From an uncultured Acidimicrobiales bacterium (GTDB taxonomy: Bacteria > Actinomycetota > Acidimicrobiia > Acidimicrobiales > SZUA-35): a DNA stretch of 64,000 bases. The stretch covers positions 1,942-65,941 of the forward strand of contig CALAJV010000024.1 of the NCBI GenBank assembly GCA_937922805.1, written 5' to 3'. Both the position numbers and the translations under genes were made by a program. The notes beneath the pieces were generated by a model. It was not told the origin of the DNA. It saw nothing but the letters and a program-made list of their open reading frames with translations, and did no database searches. Each line of letters begins with the position of its first letter. The stretch's first letter is position 1. Positions 9,867 to 21,534 of the stretch are shown one piece after another.

Positions 9867-10625
9867 ATGAGCTATCCGCCATTTCCCCGTGATGCCAAGC
9901 CGATTGTGCACGCGGACCCAGACCAAGAGCGCGATCATCGAAAGCAGCAGACCGCCCTCGGCTATCGCCTATTTGCTGCCCTTCGGTGGGGGCAAGCCGG
10001 TGATGGCCACATCAGCGCCAGGGACCCGGAACAGACCGACTGCTTCTGGTTGCTTCGCTACGGAGTGCCGTTCAACCAGGCGACTGTCAACGACCTGGTG
10101 TTAGTTGGCCCCGATGGCTCGGTGGTAGAAGGGGAGGGCGACATCAACGAGACGGCCTACTTCATCCATATGCCTATTCATGAAGCCCGCCCTGAGGCGA
10201 CCTGTGTCGCTCATACTCACACTAGTTTCGGAACGCCCTGGTCGGCGATGGTCCAACCATTCCAACCACTAACTCAAGAAGCCGTTTCTTTCGTGTTCAA
10301 CCAATCCATCTTTAACGGAGAAGAGGTCAACGTCGCTGACTACGACACCGGTCGCCGAATCGCAACGGCGGTCGGCGCCTCAGGGCTGTGTTTTCTTCGA
10401 AACCACGGAATGTTGACGGTCGGCGCAACGGTGGCCGAAACGGTCGGCTTTTTCGTGATGGCTGAACGGGTGGCCGAAGTTCATATAAAGGCACCCGAAG
10501 GCTTACCCATTTCTGACGAGGTAGCAAAGCGACTTGCTCCATCGTTGGAAGATCCTACGGTTGGCTGCCACGCATTCGAATTTCTGTGCCGAACCTTGGT
10601 TCCTGATCGGTCCGTGGTTGACTAG
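9867..10625 (+). CDS. class II aldolase/adducin-domain protein
   Basis: GHISARDP, HMPIHEARPE..CVAHTHT and FLRNHGMLTVG motifs. The listed ORF start (9612) overlaps the upstream minus-strand gene, so ATG 9867 (or 9843) is the plausible start. Confidence 0.8.
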   Translation: MSYPPFPRDAKPIVHADPDQERDHRKQQTALGYRLFAALRWGQAGDGHISARDPEQTDCFWLLRYGVPFNQATVNDLVLVGPDGSVVEGEGDINETAYFIHMPIHEARPEATCVAHTHTSFGTPWSAMVQPFQPLTQEAVSFVFNQSIFNGEEVNVADYDTGRRIATAVGASGLCFLRNHGMLTVGATVAETVGFFVMAERVAEVHIKAPEGLPISDEVAKRLAPSLEDPTVGCHAFEFLCRTLVPDRSVVD

Positions 10626-10654
10626 CGAATCTGAAACTCGGAGCTGGCTGGCTC

Positions 10655-11008
10655 CTAGTACTTCGACTTTGGGGGTTGATATGCGAAGTCGACTACTCGG
10701 TCCAGTAGCTGTCGAGTAACTTCAGACCGAAGTCGGTGGGCTGGCCCCGACAACGGTTGATAGCTCGACAATTCAATCTCCATACCCCGGGCTATTTCTG
10801 TCACCGTTGGATCGGACAGGAGATCAACTCGAAGGTCGAAGCCGATTATTGATGCATCAGATCCGCCGGACAACACGGTGATAGTTGGGAGTCGGTCGCT
10901 GATGGTGCGCCGCAGAGACCATTGAAGCGCGGCTGAAGCCTCGGGGAGGCCGAACTGTTCGCCGGTTACGACCAGGGTTTCATCTTCGACAAATGTCTCA
11001 ACTGGCAT
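10655..11008 (-). CDS. hypothetical protein
   Basis: 117-aa ORF beginning 20 nt after the stop of the upstream same-strand gene (11029). No family recognised. Confidence 0.4.
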   Translation of the reverse strand: MPVETFVEDETLVVTGEQFGLPEASAALQWSLRRTISDRLPTITVLSGGSDASIIGFDLRVDLLSDPTVTEIARGMEIELSSYQPLSGPAHRLRSEVTRQLLDRVVDFAYQPPKSKY

Positions 11009-11028
11009 ACCTCTCCCTTCGAGCTGAT

Positions 11029-12075
11029 CTAAGCGCTATCGGTGCCTGGGGTCAACGGTTCAGATTCCGCTGCCTCGGTGACACCGATCTTGATGCCGCG
11101 TACTCTGGCTTCTTGCAGTAGCTGCCCCGGAAGCGTCGGGGTGAACACGACAGTAGTTGTCTGCAAGTTTTTGATGTTCCCGCCGGTATCTACCGGCGAT
11201 CCACCTGAGAAGACTCCAGCGGGACGAATCGTTATTGGCAGCGGCTCTTTGGTCGAGACCGCAAGCGCTAAGCCCGGTGCGCCCCCGGACAAATCTAGAT
11301 CGTTAATCGTGTTGGTCTCGCCATTGTCGCTGTCCGGGACCTGGGGCGACGTCTTACCTTCTTGGCTGTTCGACCTGGTCCGGATGTCCAGAGCTGGGCC
11401 AAGAGCGCTGATGGTTGTACGTCGAAAGAGCACCGCGTCGACAACAACCAAAGGATCGTGGATTACGAACCCGGCTGGAACAAACACAATCCACCGTCGA
11501 GCGAACTGATGGAGCACTTTGCCTGACCCGTAGACAAACGCAACCCCAATTACACCGGCTGCCGCGGCGGCAACGTATCGTTGGCTTGCTACTAGAAGGG
11601 GAGCGGCTACTAGCCCTACGAAGCTGACGAGCCACGCTAGCTGTATAGGGCCGAACAGGGCGAACGCTGGAGGGCGAAGAGCCATGCGGCGTTCTGAGCC
11701 GTAGGCCGATCCGTTGACCATTTGGTCGCCAAATGATGGCATGAACACCGTGGCGCAAACTAACAGACCGAAACCAATGGCGAGTAGGAGCGAGACTGGC
11801 ATGCCACCAGTGATCGCGGCGATAGCGAGCCCGAATCCTACAATTGCGGGAGCCAGAATTCGACTAACCGTTAACGCTACGGTCGATGGCACAAAGGTGG
11901 CCAGCAGGCCGCCGAACCAAAGAGCCCACCCGAAGATCTCGATGGCGAGCCTCGAACTAGAAGGTAAGCCTTCGGTGGTTTCACGAAAGCCGAATCCGAC
12001 GGCTAGTGGCAGAAGAAGCCAAAGCACCCGGGTTGGCCAAAGACCAGCCCGATCAAGGTTCAGACCCTCGGCCAT
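11029..12075 (-). CDS. polytopic membrane protein, unknown function
   Basis: 348 aa with about 6 hydrophobic spans in the first 190 aa, followed by a soluble C-terminal part. No family recognised. Confidence 0.6.
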   Translation of the reverse strand: MAEGLNLDRAGLWPTRVLWLLLPLAVGFGFRETTEGLPSSSRLAIEIFGWALWFGGLLATFVPSTVALTVSRILAPAIVGFGLAIAAITGGMPVSLLLAIGFGLLVCATVFMPSFGDQMVNGSAYGSERRMALRPPAFALFGPIQLAWLVSFVGLVAAPLLVASQRYVAAAAAGVIGVAFVYGSGKVLHQFARRWIVFVPAGFVIHDPLVVVDAVLFRRTTISALGPALDIRTRSNSQEGKTSPQVPDSDNGETNTINDLDLSGGAPGLALAVSTKEPLPITIRPAGVFSGGSPVDTGGNIKNLQTTTVVFTPTLPGQLLQEARVRGIKIGVTEAAESEPLTPGTDSA

Positions 12076-12304
12076 GTTGTCCCTTCAGCCACGGCGTATC
12101 TCTGCCATATCCACTACTCCATTGTGCCGGAGAATCCGGCCAATCTGGGTCCGGTACGGTGCATAGGTGCCAATTCTTTTGAGTGAAACTTCGAGCTCGT
12201 TGGGTGGCATCAGGCTTTACTAGCCTCATTTTTGGTTTCCGCCGCCTTCCACTATTCGATAAGCAACGTGGGTTCTCGAAAGAGTTGTTCTGAATTCGCG
12301 AGCT

Positions 12305-13603
12305 TCACACGTTCCGGCGATGCGATGTCGGCTGCAGAATCTCTATGAGGGCATCAGCCACCTGTACAAGTATTTGTTCTTCGGTGCTCGCGATAGTCAC
12401 CCGAACGCCAGGCGGCGTACTGAGTCGGTATCGGACGCCGGAACGAATCGCGAACCCTCGGCGCTCCATGCCAGCGACGACGGCAGCTTCGTCGGCTACT
12501 GGAATCCAAACGTTCAACCCAGAGGTAGCTTCAACCTTGATTCCGTTGTCGCTTAATCGACCGATGAAGGCTAATCGGCGACTGTCATAGGTTTTGACTG
12601 CAAGGTCGATTAGTGAACGGTGATGCCGGGCCGTGAGCATGGCAACGACGGTGTGTTGGAGGATATGGCTCACCCAGCCGGTGCCCACTGCTTGGCGACC
12701 TCGGACCCGCCCCATGGTGGTGGAGTCCCCAACGAGGGCCGATACCCGAAGGTCTGGGCCGAGTGACTTTGCTACCGATCGCACGACGGCCCAGTTGGGT
12801 CCATCAACTGGAATTGTTGATTGATGAGGCGCTCCGGAAACGGGTCCAGCGTGATCGTCTTCGATTACTAGCACATGGGGATGTTCTGCGAACACAGCCC
12901 GTAGTGCTTGGGCGCGTTGTTCACTGATCGACGCTCCGATCGGATTCTGGGCTCGGGGGGTTATGACAATGGCCGAGATCCCTCGGTCAATTGCTTCGCG
13001 GAGCGAGTCGGGGTCGGGCCCCTGTCCGTCAATAGTTATCGGCATCGGGCGAAAACCCATCGCCGTGACTAGTTCTGTTACCGATGAGTAGCCCGGGTCT
13101 TCAATACCGACCGAGTCGCCCGGGCGAAGGTGAGCGGCCAACACGCGCTCGATGCCGTCGAGCGCTCCGGCCACGACAGCCAGTTCGCTAGCGTCAATTT
13201 CGTCGATTGCGAAGTCGCTTCGAAATAGATCGGCAAGCTCGGGAACTATTTGTTCCCTGCCGTAAAGCAACGGTTCGCTAGGTACCGACGCTAAGGCAGT
13301 GGTGAGGTCGGGAAGCAGTGTTGGATCTGGGTTTCCGTGGGCCAAGTTAACCAGGTTGTTTGGAATCGGTTCGTCGATATGTACTCGAACCGCCGGTTTG
13401 TTTGCGACGAACGTTCCTCGTCGCCCTTCGCCTTGAACTAGCCCTCGGCTACTTAGCGCCTTGTAGACCGCAGCCGCAGTATTCGGGGCCAGTCCATGTT
13501 CGACCGCAAACTCCCGAACCGGTGCCAATCGGTCTCCTGGGCCAAGCTGACCGGTTCTAATCTTCTGTTCGATGTCTGCGACGAGCTGGTCAGCCTTGGC
13601 CAT
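12305..13603 (-). CDS. MocR/PdxR-like regulator (GntR wHTH fused to a fold-type I aminotransferase-like domain)
   Basis: N-terminal GntR HTH (GDRLAPVREFAVEHGLAPNTAAAVYKAL). C-terminal AAT-like domain with the PLP-Lys context RSVAKSLGPDLR. Confidence 0.85.
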   Translation of the reverse strand: MAKADQLVADIEQKIRTGQLGPGDRLAPVREFAVEHGLAPNTAAAVYKALSSRGLVQGEGRRGTFVANKPAVRVHIDEPIPNNLVNLAHGNPDPTLLPDLTTALASVPSEPLLYGREQIVPELADLFRSDFAIDEIDASELAVVAGALDGIERVLAAHLRPGDSVGIEDPGYSSVTELVTAMGFRPMPITIDGQGPDPDSLREAIDRGISAIVITPRAQNPIGASISEQRAQALRAVFAEHPHVLVIEDDHAGPVSGAPHQSTIPVDGPNWAVVRSVAKSLGPDLRVSALVGDSTTMGRVRGRQAVGTGWVSHILQHTVVAMLTARHHRSLIDLAVKTYDSRRLAFIGRLSDNGIKVEATSGLNVWIPVADEAAVVAGMERRGFAIRSGVRYRLSTPPGVRVTIASTEEQILVQVADALIEILQPTSHRRNV

Positions 13604-13659
13604 TACTCTCCTCGGTCATTGGTGCCCCATATTCGCTTTGCCATTCTCTGCGAGCCTGT

Positions 13660-13695
13660 TACTATGCACATAGTAATACAAACGTCGTATTGTAT
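13660..13695. promoter_or_regulatory. candidate MocR operator: two adjacent inverted repeats in the divergent intergenic region
   Basis: TACTATG-ca-CATAGTA (13660-13675) and ATACAA-n8-TTGTAT (13676-13695). They lie in an AT-rich island between the MocR-like gene and the PNPOx-like gene. Confidence 0.45.
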
Positions 13696-13734
13696 CAATA
13701 CATAACTTGCAACCTGGTTTGTTCGAGGAGTTTT

Positions 13735-14400
13735 ATGACCGATAACAACGATCTTGCCCCAACCGATCGGACTGCGCTCAAGCGCATTCCCGAGCGTGGC
13801 CATTTCGATCGAGATACCGTCAATGCCATCATCGATGAAGCCATGATCTGCCACGTCGGCATCGTCGATGAAACCGGCCGCCCAGTCGTCATCCCTACCT
13901 TTCACGGCCGCGACGGCGACGATCTCCTCATCCACGGATCGGCAGCTAGTCGCTTATTGCGCACCGCTCGTAATTCCGAGGTTTGTGTGACGATCACCTT
14001 GATCGACAGTCTTGTGCTTGCTCGTACCGCGTTTCACCATTCGGCCAACTACCGCTCGGTGGTCGTGTTCGGTGTCCCTGAACACATTACCGATGACGCT
14101 GAAGCTGACGCCGCTTTGAACGTGTTGGTCGAGGCCCTAATACCTGGGCGGATGGCTGAAGTCCGACCGAATACAAACAAAGAAATCCGAGCGACCCTGA
14201 CACTTCGCCTTCCGATCAACGAAGCATCGGCGAAAATTCGCAACGGCCCGCCGGTCGACGACGAAGAAGATATGGACGCTGAAGTTTGGGCTGGGCTGCT
14301 GCCAATCTCGACGACGTTCGGCGATCCGGTCACCGCTGCCGACATGCGCCACGATCTCCCGCCACCACCATCGGTAGTCGGCTATGGGCGGCCGTCGTGA
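13735..14400 (+). CDS. pyridoxamine 5'-phosphate oxidase family (Pyridox_ox_2-like flavin-binding) protein
   Basis: ATG 13735 is preceded by GAGGAG (13725-13730). The pattern RIPERGHFDRDTVNAIIDEAMICHVG...PVVIPT..GRDGDDLLIHGS is typical of this family. Confidence 0.8.
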   Translation: MTDNNDLAPTDRTALKRIPERGHFDRDTVNAIIDEAMICHVGIVDETGRPVVIPTFHGRDGDDLLIHGSAASRLLRTARNSEVCVTITLIDSLVLARTAFHHSANYRSVVVFGVPEHITDDAEADAALNVLVEALIPGRMAEVRPNTNKEIRATLTLRLPINEASAKIRNGPPVDDEEDMDAEVWAGLLPISTTFGDPVTAADMRHDLPPPPSVVGYGRPS

Positions 14401-15026
14401 ATCGTGTCGTCATTTTGGTTTTCGAACAGGTCGACCTGCTCGACGTTGGCGGTCCATACGAAGTGTTCCTCACCGCTGATCGGCTCCACCAACGCAGTGG
14501 AGGGTCACCAATTTTTGAAGTAATCGTTGCGTCTCCCGATGGAGAACCAGTGACGTCGTTCGGAGGCATGGGGCTTGTCCCTCAACTAGCGGTGTCAGAG
14601 GTCGATCAGGCCGATGTTGTGGTTGTACCGGGTGCGGTCGCCATCGACGCAGTGTGTGCCTCGCCAGAGGTTGCCGACGCAGTGGCGGCGTTGACCAGGT
14701 TGGCGACGACAACCGCTTCGGTCTGTACCGGGGCCTTTTTACTGGCCGACCAAGGTGCTCTGGATGGATTGCCATGGACCACTCATTTTGAAGATGTCGC
14801 AGGCCTTGGTCAGCGGATAAGTTCAGACAAAGGGCTCGAACGGGTGCGATGGGTTGATGCCGGAGCTGTTGTGACCGCTGGGGGCCTAAGTAACGGTCTT
14901 GCTATGTCACTTCACCTGGTCGAACGATTGGCTGGGCGAGAGTTAGCAGTAGCTACTGCCACTCAGATCGAGTACGACTGGGATCCCGATGACGGGTTCA
15001 CGCTTCGTCAGCAGAGTGAAAGCTGA
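14397..15026 (+). CDS. DJ-1/PfpI family protein
   Basis: GTG 14397 overlaps the upstream TGA (GTGA). N-terminus VNRVVILVFEQVDLLDVGGPYEVF, and nucleophile-elbow Cys in SVCTGAFLLA. Confidence 0.8.
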   Translation: MNRVVILVFEQVDLLDVGGPYEVFLTADRLHQRSGGSPIFEVIVASPDGEPVTSFGGMGLVPQLAVSEVDQADVVVVPGAVAIDAVCASPEVADAVAALTRLATTTASVCTGAFLLADQGALDGLPWTTHFEDVAGLGQRISSDKGLERVRWVDAGAVVTAGGLSNGLAMSLHLVERLAGRELAVATATQIEYDWDPDDGFTLRQQSES

Positions 15027-15117
15027 GCTGTTGCTCGTTGAGTTTTCCACCATAATCACGCTTCAGGTCAGCGTTGGCGGCATCAAAAAGTGTCACAGTT
15101 CTTGTGTAGTCTCATAG

Positions 15118-17750
<2,633 letters not shown>

Positions 17751-17803
17751 ACCACCATTGTGCCTCGGAGTCCCGCCTGATGGCTACGTGTGTGACCTAT
17801 GAT

Positions 17804-19855
17804 ATGGGCATGTCGAGAGTCGGCCTCGACCGGCTGCCGTTGGGCGACCGCTACGAACTTGTTTCCACTATTGGTTCTGGCGCATCAGCTGAGGTCTACC
17901 ATGCCACCGATTTGAGATTGAATCGTGGGGTGGCAGTTAAGCAACTCCGTTCTGATCTAAGTCAGGATCGACGATTTCAAAAGTTGTTTCGCGCTGAAGC
18001 TCACCTGGCCGCCCAGCTCTCGCATCCCCACATCGTCACAGTTTTTGATTGGAGCGATGATGCCGACGGGGTCGACGGCGGCGCCTACATCGTTACTGAG
18101 TTGTTGGGCGGCGGAACGCTTCGAGACATTCTCGATAACGGCGGACCATTCACTGAATCTCAAGCTGCGTTCGTAGGTTTGCAGGCCGCTCAAGGTCTCG
18201 CCTTTGCCCATGAGCAAGGGCTGGTTCATCGCGATATCAAACCAGCCAACTTATTGTTTGGGGTTGACGGCCGAGTACGGATCGCCGATTTTGGGATAGC
18301 TCGTGCCGTAGTGGAGGCGGCGTGGACCGAACCCGAAGGCGTCTTGATCGGTACGGCTCGATATGCAGCCCCAGAACAAGCTGTTGTTGCATCGGTTGAT
18401 AGTCAAGCCGATGTTTACTCGCTAGCGCTGTGCCTATACGAATGTCTGACTGGCGAGGTGCCTCTGGTTCGCGACAGCGCACTAGGCACGATGCAACTTC
18501 GGCAAACGGAAAGCGTCCCTGCCGATAGCGCCCTCGGTGCTTTGACCAACGCGATCTTGGGCGCTGGGCAGGCCGACCCGAACAAACGATGGCATGCAGC
18601 CGATCTTCTCGGAGAGCTGCTCGTTGTCTGTCAAACAATGCCAGACCCCGAGCCCCTGGCCTTGATCGACTTAACCGATCACCGACCGACGCCCGACGCG
18701 AACGTACGATTCAATACCGGCGGCGATGTGATCATTGTGGGCGACGACGGCTCGTCCGACATTGCCTTGCCTTCAGACGACCCCTCCTTTGAGGAGGGTC
18801 GTGGTGAAAGCGGGTATGCAGACACCGCCGTAAGCGGTTCGGGCGCCAGGCACGATCCTGGCTATGACACCGACGCCCCGTTCGACCAACAAATCGTGTC
18901 CGACGATGATCAACCAAAGCAGCGACGCTGGGGGCGACGATTGGCTGCGTTGAGTTTGCTAATTTTGGCTGGTGGTGCAGCGGCTGGCGGCTGGTACTAC
19001 TCGACGTTGCAGAACCCGACCGAAGTAATCTCACTCGGAATTCCAACGTTTGAGGTCGAAGACTTCACAATCACCGGATCGTCCTTAGACGAGATCAAGG
19101 CTCAGGCTGCTGAACAGGGTCTTACGGTGGTCCTTACCGAGCAATACCAAGATGGAACTGAGGCGGGCGACATTCTCAGCCAATCCCCGGCGGCCGATCA
19201 AACAATGAGTCCCGGTGACGAATTGACCATCGTCGTTTCCTTAGGACCAGAACTTCGAGTGGTTCCCGAAATTGTGGGGAAGACAGTCGACGACGCCCGC
19301 CTGGCCGTAACGAACGCCAAACTCGTGGTTGGCAAGGTCGAAGAGCGCGCCGACGAGGACGTAGCTGCCGGCGTTGTTCTTGAAGCGACGATCGCTGGTC
19401 AACCGGCGGTGGTTCAATCAGAGTTCATTACTGGAACGACGGTTGATCTCATCGCAAGTTCTGGGCCCGCGCCACGAGTAGTCCCTTCTTTGGTTGGGTT
19501 AACCGCTGACGGGGCAGCCGCCGCTATGGGCGGTACCGGGCTGAACCTCATTAGCTCAGAAGACTTTTCGACCACAGTGGTCGAAGGCGAAATTATCTCG
19601 ATGTCACCTGATGCCGGTACCAGCGTGGCTCGGGGCACCGACGTCACTGTGGTGATATCCAAAGGCAAACCGTTTATCGAGGTACCCGATGTGATCGGGT
19701 TGCCGGCAGCCGAAGCGGCCGACAAACTCGAAGCGGCCGGGTTTGAAGTGATCGACACCGTAGGAGCCCCCAACGGAGAAGTACTTGGTACCGACCCTCC
19801 CGCTGGGGAAAGTTACCGACTCGGCAAACAAATCGTCATCTTGACTCGACGCTAG
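17804..19855 (+). CDS. Ser/Thr protein kinase with four extracellular PASTA domains (PknB-like)
   Basis: Kinase motifs VAVK, HRDIKPANLL, DFGIA and APE, then one TM (LAALSLLILAGGAAAGGWYY) and four PASTA-like repeats. The ORF start at 17672 overlaps the upstream gene; ATG 17780/17804/17810 are plausible. Confidence 0.9.
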   Translation: MGMSRVGLDRLPLGDRYELVSTIGSGASAEVYHATDLRLNRGVAVKQLRSDLSQDRRFQKLFRAEAHLAAQLSHPHIVTVFDWSDDADGVDGGAYIVTELLGGGTLRDILDNGGPFTESQAAFVGLQAAQGLAFAHEQGLVHRDIKPANLLFGVDGRVRIADFGIARAVVEAAWTEPEGVLIGTARYAAPEQAVVASVDSQADVYSLALCLYECLTGEVPLVRDSALGTMQLRQTESVPADSALGALTNAILGAGQADPNKRWHAADLLGELLVVCQTMPDPEPLALIDLTDHRPTPDANVRFNTGGDVIIVGDDGSSDIALPSDDPSFEEGRGESGYADTAVSGSGARHDPGYDTDAPFDQQIVSDDDQPKQRRWGRRLAALSLLILAGGAAAGGWYYSTLQNPTEVISLGIPTFEVEDFTITGSSLDEIKAQAAEQGLTVVLTEQYQDGTEAGDILSQSPAADQTMSPGDELTIVVSLGPELRVVPEIVGKTVDDARLAVTNAKLVVGKVEERADEDVAAGVVLEATIAGQPAVVQSEFITGTTVDLIASSGPAPRVVPSLVGLTADGAAAAMGGTGLNLISSEDFSTTVVEGEIISMSPDAGTSVARGTDVTVVISKGKPFIEVPDVIGLPAAEAADKLEAAGFEVIDTVGAPNGEVLGTDPPAGESYRLGKQIVILTRR

Positions 19856-19856
19856 T

Positions 19857-20030
19857 GTCGTTCGGGCCGTTGGCCCTCTCTTACCAAGTTTCGACGTCGT
19901 CGAAACTTGCGGGAGTTGTCGTTCGCGCTGTTGGCCCTCTCTTACCAAGTTTCGACGTTGTCGAAACTTGCGGTGGTGGGTTTGGGCTGTTGTCGAAACT
20001 GGCGGTGGTGTCGTTCGGGTTGTTGGTCCG
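19857..20030. repeat. tandem 61-bp repeat (2 full units plus decayed copies), each unit carrying a 23-25 nt palindrome
   Basis: Unit 1 is 19857-19917 and unit 2 is 19918-19978, near identical. Palindromes are CAAGTTTCGACG-t-CGTCGAAACTTG (19885-19909) and CAAGTTTCGAC-gtt-GTCGAAACTTG (19946-19970). A degenerate third copy retains GTCGAAACT. Confidence 0.85.
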
Positions 20031-20057
20031 CGATACCACGTTGTGAGGTGGCGAGCG

Positions 20058-20483
20058 TCAGGCGTCTTTGGCGGTTAAGGCGTCGAGCTTTTGGTACAGC
20101 TCGACCACCGTCGGATTGATCTCCTGGGTGCCGCCCTGCAAAGCGAGGAGTTTACTGGCGTCGCCCTCGACGAGGATTTTGCCGGTAAGGAACGCTTCCA
20201 TTACTGCCTGTTGATCCCGAGTCACGAACGCAGCTTTGGCCGTATCGTAATCAACGGTTACCGTCAGCTCTGGATCGTCGACATGACCTTCTTCAATCAG
20301 CGTTTGGCCCTGGCTGGTGTCAATGTGACCTTCGAGGGATCCGTCGTCTCGATGAGGAATATCAGTTACGACCACATTAATTCGGGTCTCTACTGGGGAG
20401 TTCGGCATCTGATCGGCGTACTCAACCCTCAAGTCACGGGCTGCGGATATCCACTCAGACGATAAGAAGGCGTAGCTGGTCAC
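20058..20483 (-). CDS. SCP2 sterol/lipid-binding domain protein
   Basis: 141 aa with FLSSEWISAA..., ...AKAAFVTRDQQAVMEAFLTGKILVEGDASKLLAL, which is typical of SCP-2. Confidence 0.8.
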   Translation of the reverse strand: MTSYAFLSSEWISAARDLRVEYADQMPNSPVETRINVVVTDIPHRDDGSLEGHIDTSQGQTLIEEGHVDDPELTVTVDYDTAKAAFVTRDQQAVMEAFLTGKILVEGDASKLLALQGGTQEINPTVVELYQKLDALTAKDA

Positions 20484-20659
20484 GTTGCGATCGTATCCTG
20501 TACTGTTCTATAGCGAACGGTATGTCGTCGTTCTATTGACAGAATTCTAGAAAACAGCAGATGAAGTAGCGAGCTGTAAACCCACGAAGAAATGGTGAAA
20601 TGCTGTTCATCAGGGTGCCCGGTAGCGATCAGCCAGCAGAAACGAACCCGTGATTAGAC

Positions 20660-20983
20660 ATGAGCGATGAAGCGCCAGTGAAGAAGTCCGGTCGAGACAA
20701 GCGATTGGATAGTCGCGAGCGAGAGCAGCTGTGGAAAAATCCGCCGTTGAAGATCGACATGGATGTGTGCATTACCTGCGATGCTTGCTTCCGGGCGTGC
20801 CCGAAACCGTTTGGAGCGATCTTCAACCACGATCTCGATGTGATCATAATTCCAGAGCTCTGTTCTGGCTGTAACAAGTGCATTGATCCGTGTCCAGTGG
20901 ATTGCATCCACCCTGATCCAGACTGGAAAGTCTCGTCTGACGAGTGGTGGGAAGAGCCTCTTACTAACGATCCGTACAAGTAG
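20660..20983 (+). CDS. ferredoxin (dicluster 4Fe-4S-type)
   Basis: Two cluster motifs, CITCDACFRACP and CSGCNKCIDPCP. Confidence 0.85.
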   Translation: MSDEAPVKKSGRDKRLDSREREQLWKNPPLKIDMDVCITCDACFRACPKPFGAIFNHDLDVIIIPELCSGCNKCIDPCPVDCIHPDPDWKVSSDEWWEEPLTNDPYK

Positions 20984-21201
20984 TTCTTCGATATCACAGC
21001 TCGCCCTGTCGGCACCGCCAGTAGCAGTTTCTCTGGTGGTGCGCCCCACTCTCCGGTCGTTTTGTTTTCGTTGGCCGAAACTGGCCCCGGATAGCCTACG
21101 GAACGATTAACCTGAGTCGGTGCACATGAACGTAATAACCGAACGTCAACGGGCTTCCGTACTAGCGGACGGCCACGAAAAGGCCGGGGCGGTGAGAGTA
21201 G

Positions 21202-21534
21202 ATGGCTAGTCGTGAACCGCTTACTCGCCAAGATGTGACCGACGTAGCCGAACTGGCGTTGCTCAATCTGAGCGACGATGATCTGGATCGCTACACCGGA
21301 CAGCTTGATGCAGTATTCGATCTTGCAAGCAAGCTAGACCAGTTCGATGTGTCGGAGGTTCCACCAACCTCTCACCCATTTGGGTTGGTCAACGTATTTC
21401 GGGCCGACAGCCCTCCCAGCTCTGTTGGCATCGATGGCACAGACGACAACGTCCGCCAAGAAGCGTTGGCCAGCGGACCCGACGTTGAAGACAACCAGTT
21501 CAAGGTTCCTCCGGCGTTAGGGGAGTCGCCATGA
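21202..21534 (+). CDS. gatC: Asp-tRNA(Asn)/Glu-tRNA(Gln) amidotransferase subunit C
   Basis: 110 aa, LTRQDVTDVAELALLNLSDDDL.... ATGA overlap with gatA. Confidence 0.9.
   Translation: MASREPLTRQDVTDVAELALLNLSDDDLDRYTGQLDAVFDLASKLDQFDVSEVPPTSHPFGLVNVFRADSPPSSVGIDGTDDNVRQEALASGPDVEDNQFKVPPALGESP

Noticed and set aside
13690-13734. Listed start (13690) of the PNPOx-like ORF, and 14286 for the DJ-1 ORF
   Set aside because: 13690 lies inside the AT-rich operator region and has no RBS, whereas ATG 13735 has GAGGAG upstream. For DJ-1, GTG 14397 gives the canonical family N-terminus, while 14286 would overlap the upstream gene by 115 nt.
19855-20119. Possible CRISPR array or small ORFs (63 and 70 aa) in the repeat region
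   Set aside because: There are only two full 61-bp units, directly abutting with no unique spacers, and no cas genes in the window. The small ORFs merely read through the repeats.
21083-21190. Long-range inverted repeat (GGCCCCGG ... CCGGGGC) in the 218-bp gatC leader; possible T-box or riboswitch
   Set aside because: There is only one short GC-rich pairing ~100 nt apart. I found no specifier/T-box sequence and no terminator/antiterminator pair. This is insufficient evidence.
20629-21231. 200-aa minus-strand ORF spanning the ferredoxin gene and the gatC leader
   Set aside because: It is antisense to a ferredoxin ORF with two perfect Cys-cluster motifs. Its translation is R/S/G-rich with no recognisable fold. 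This is a typical shadow ORF in GC-rich DNA.
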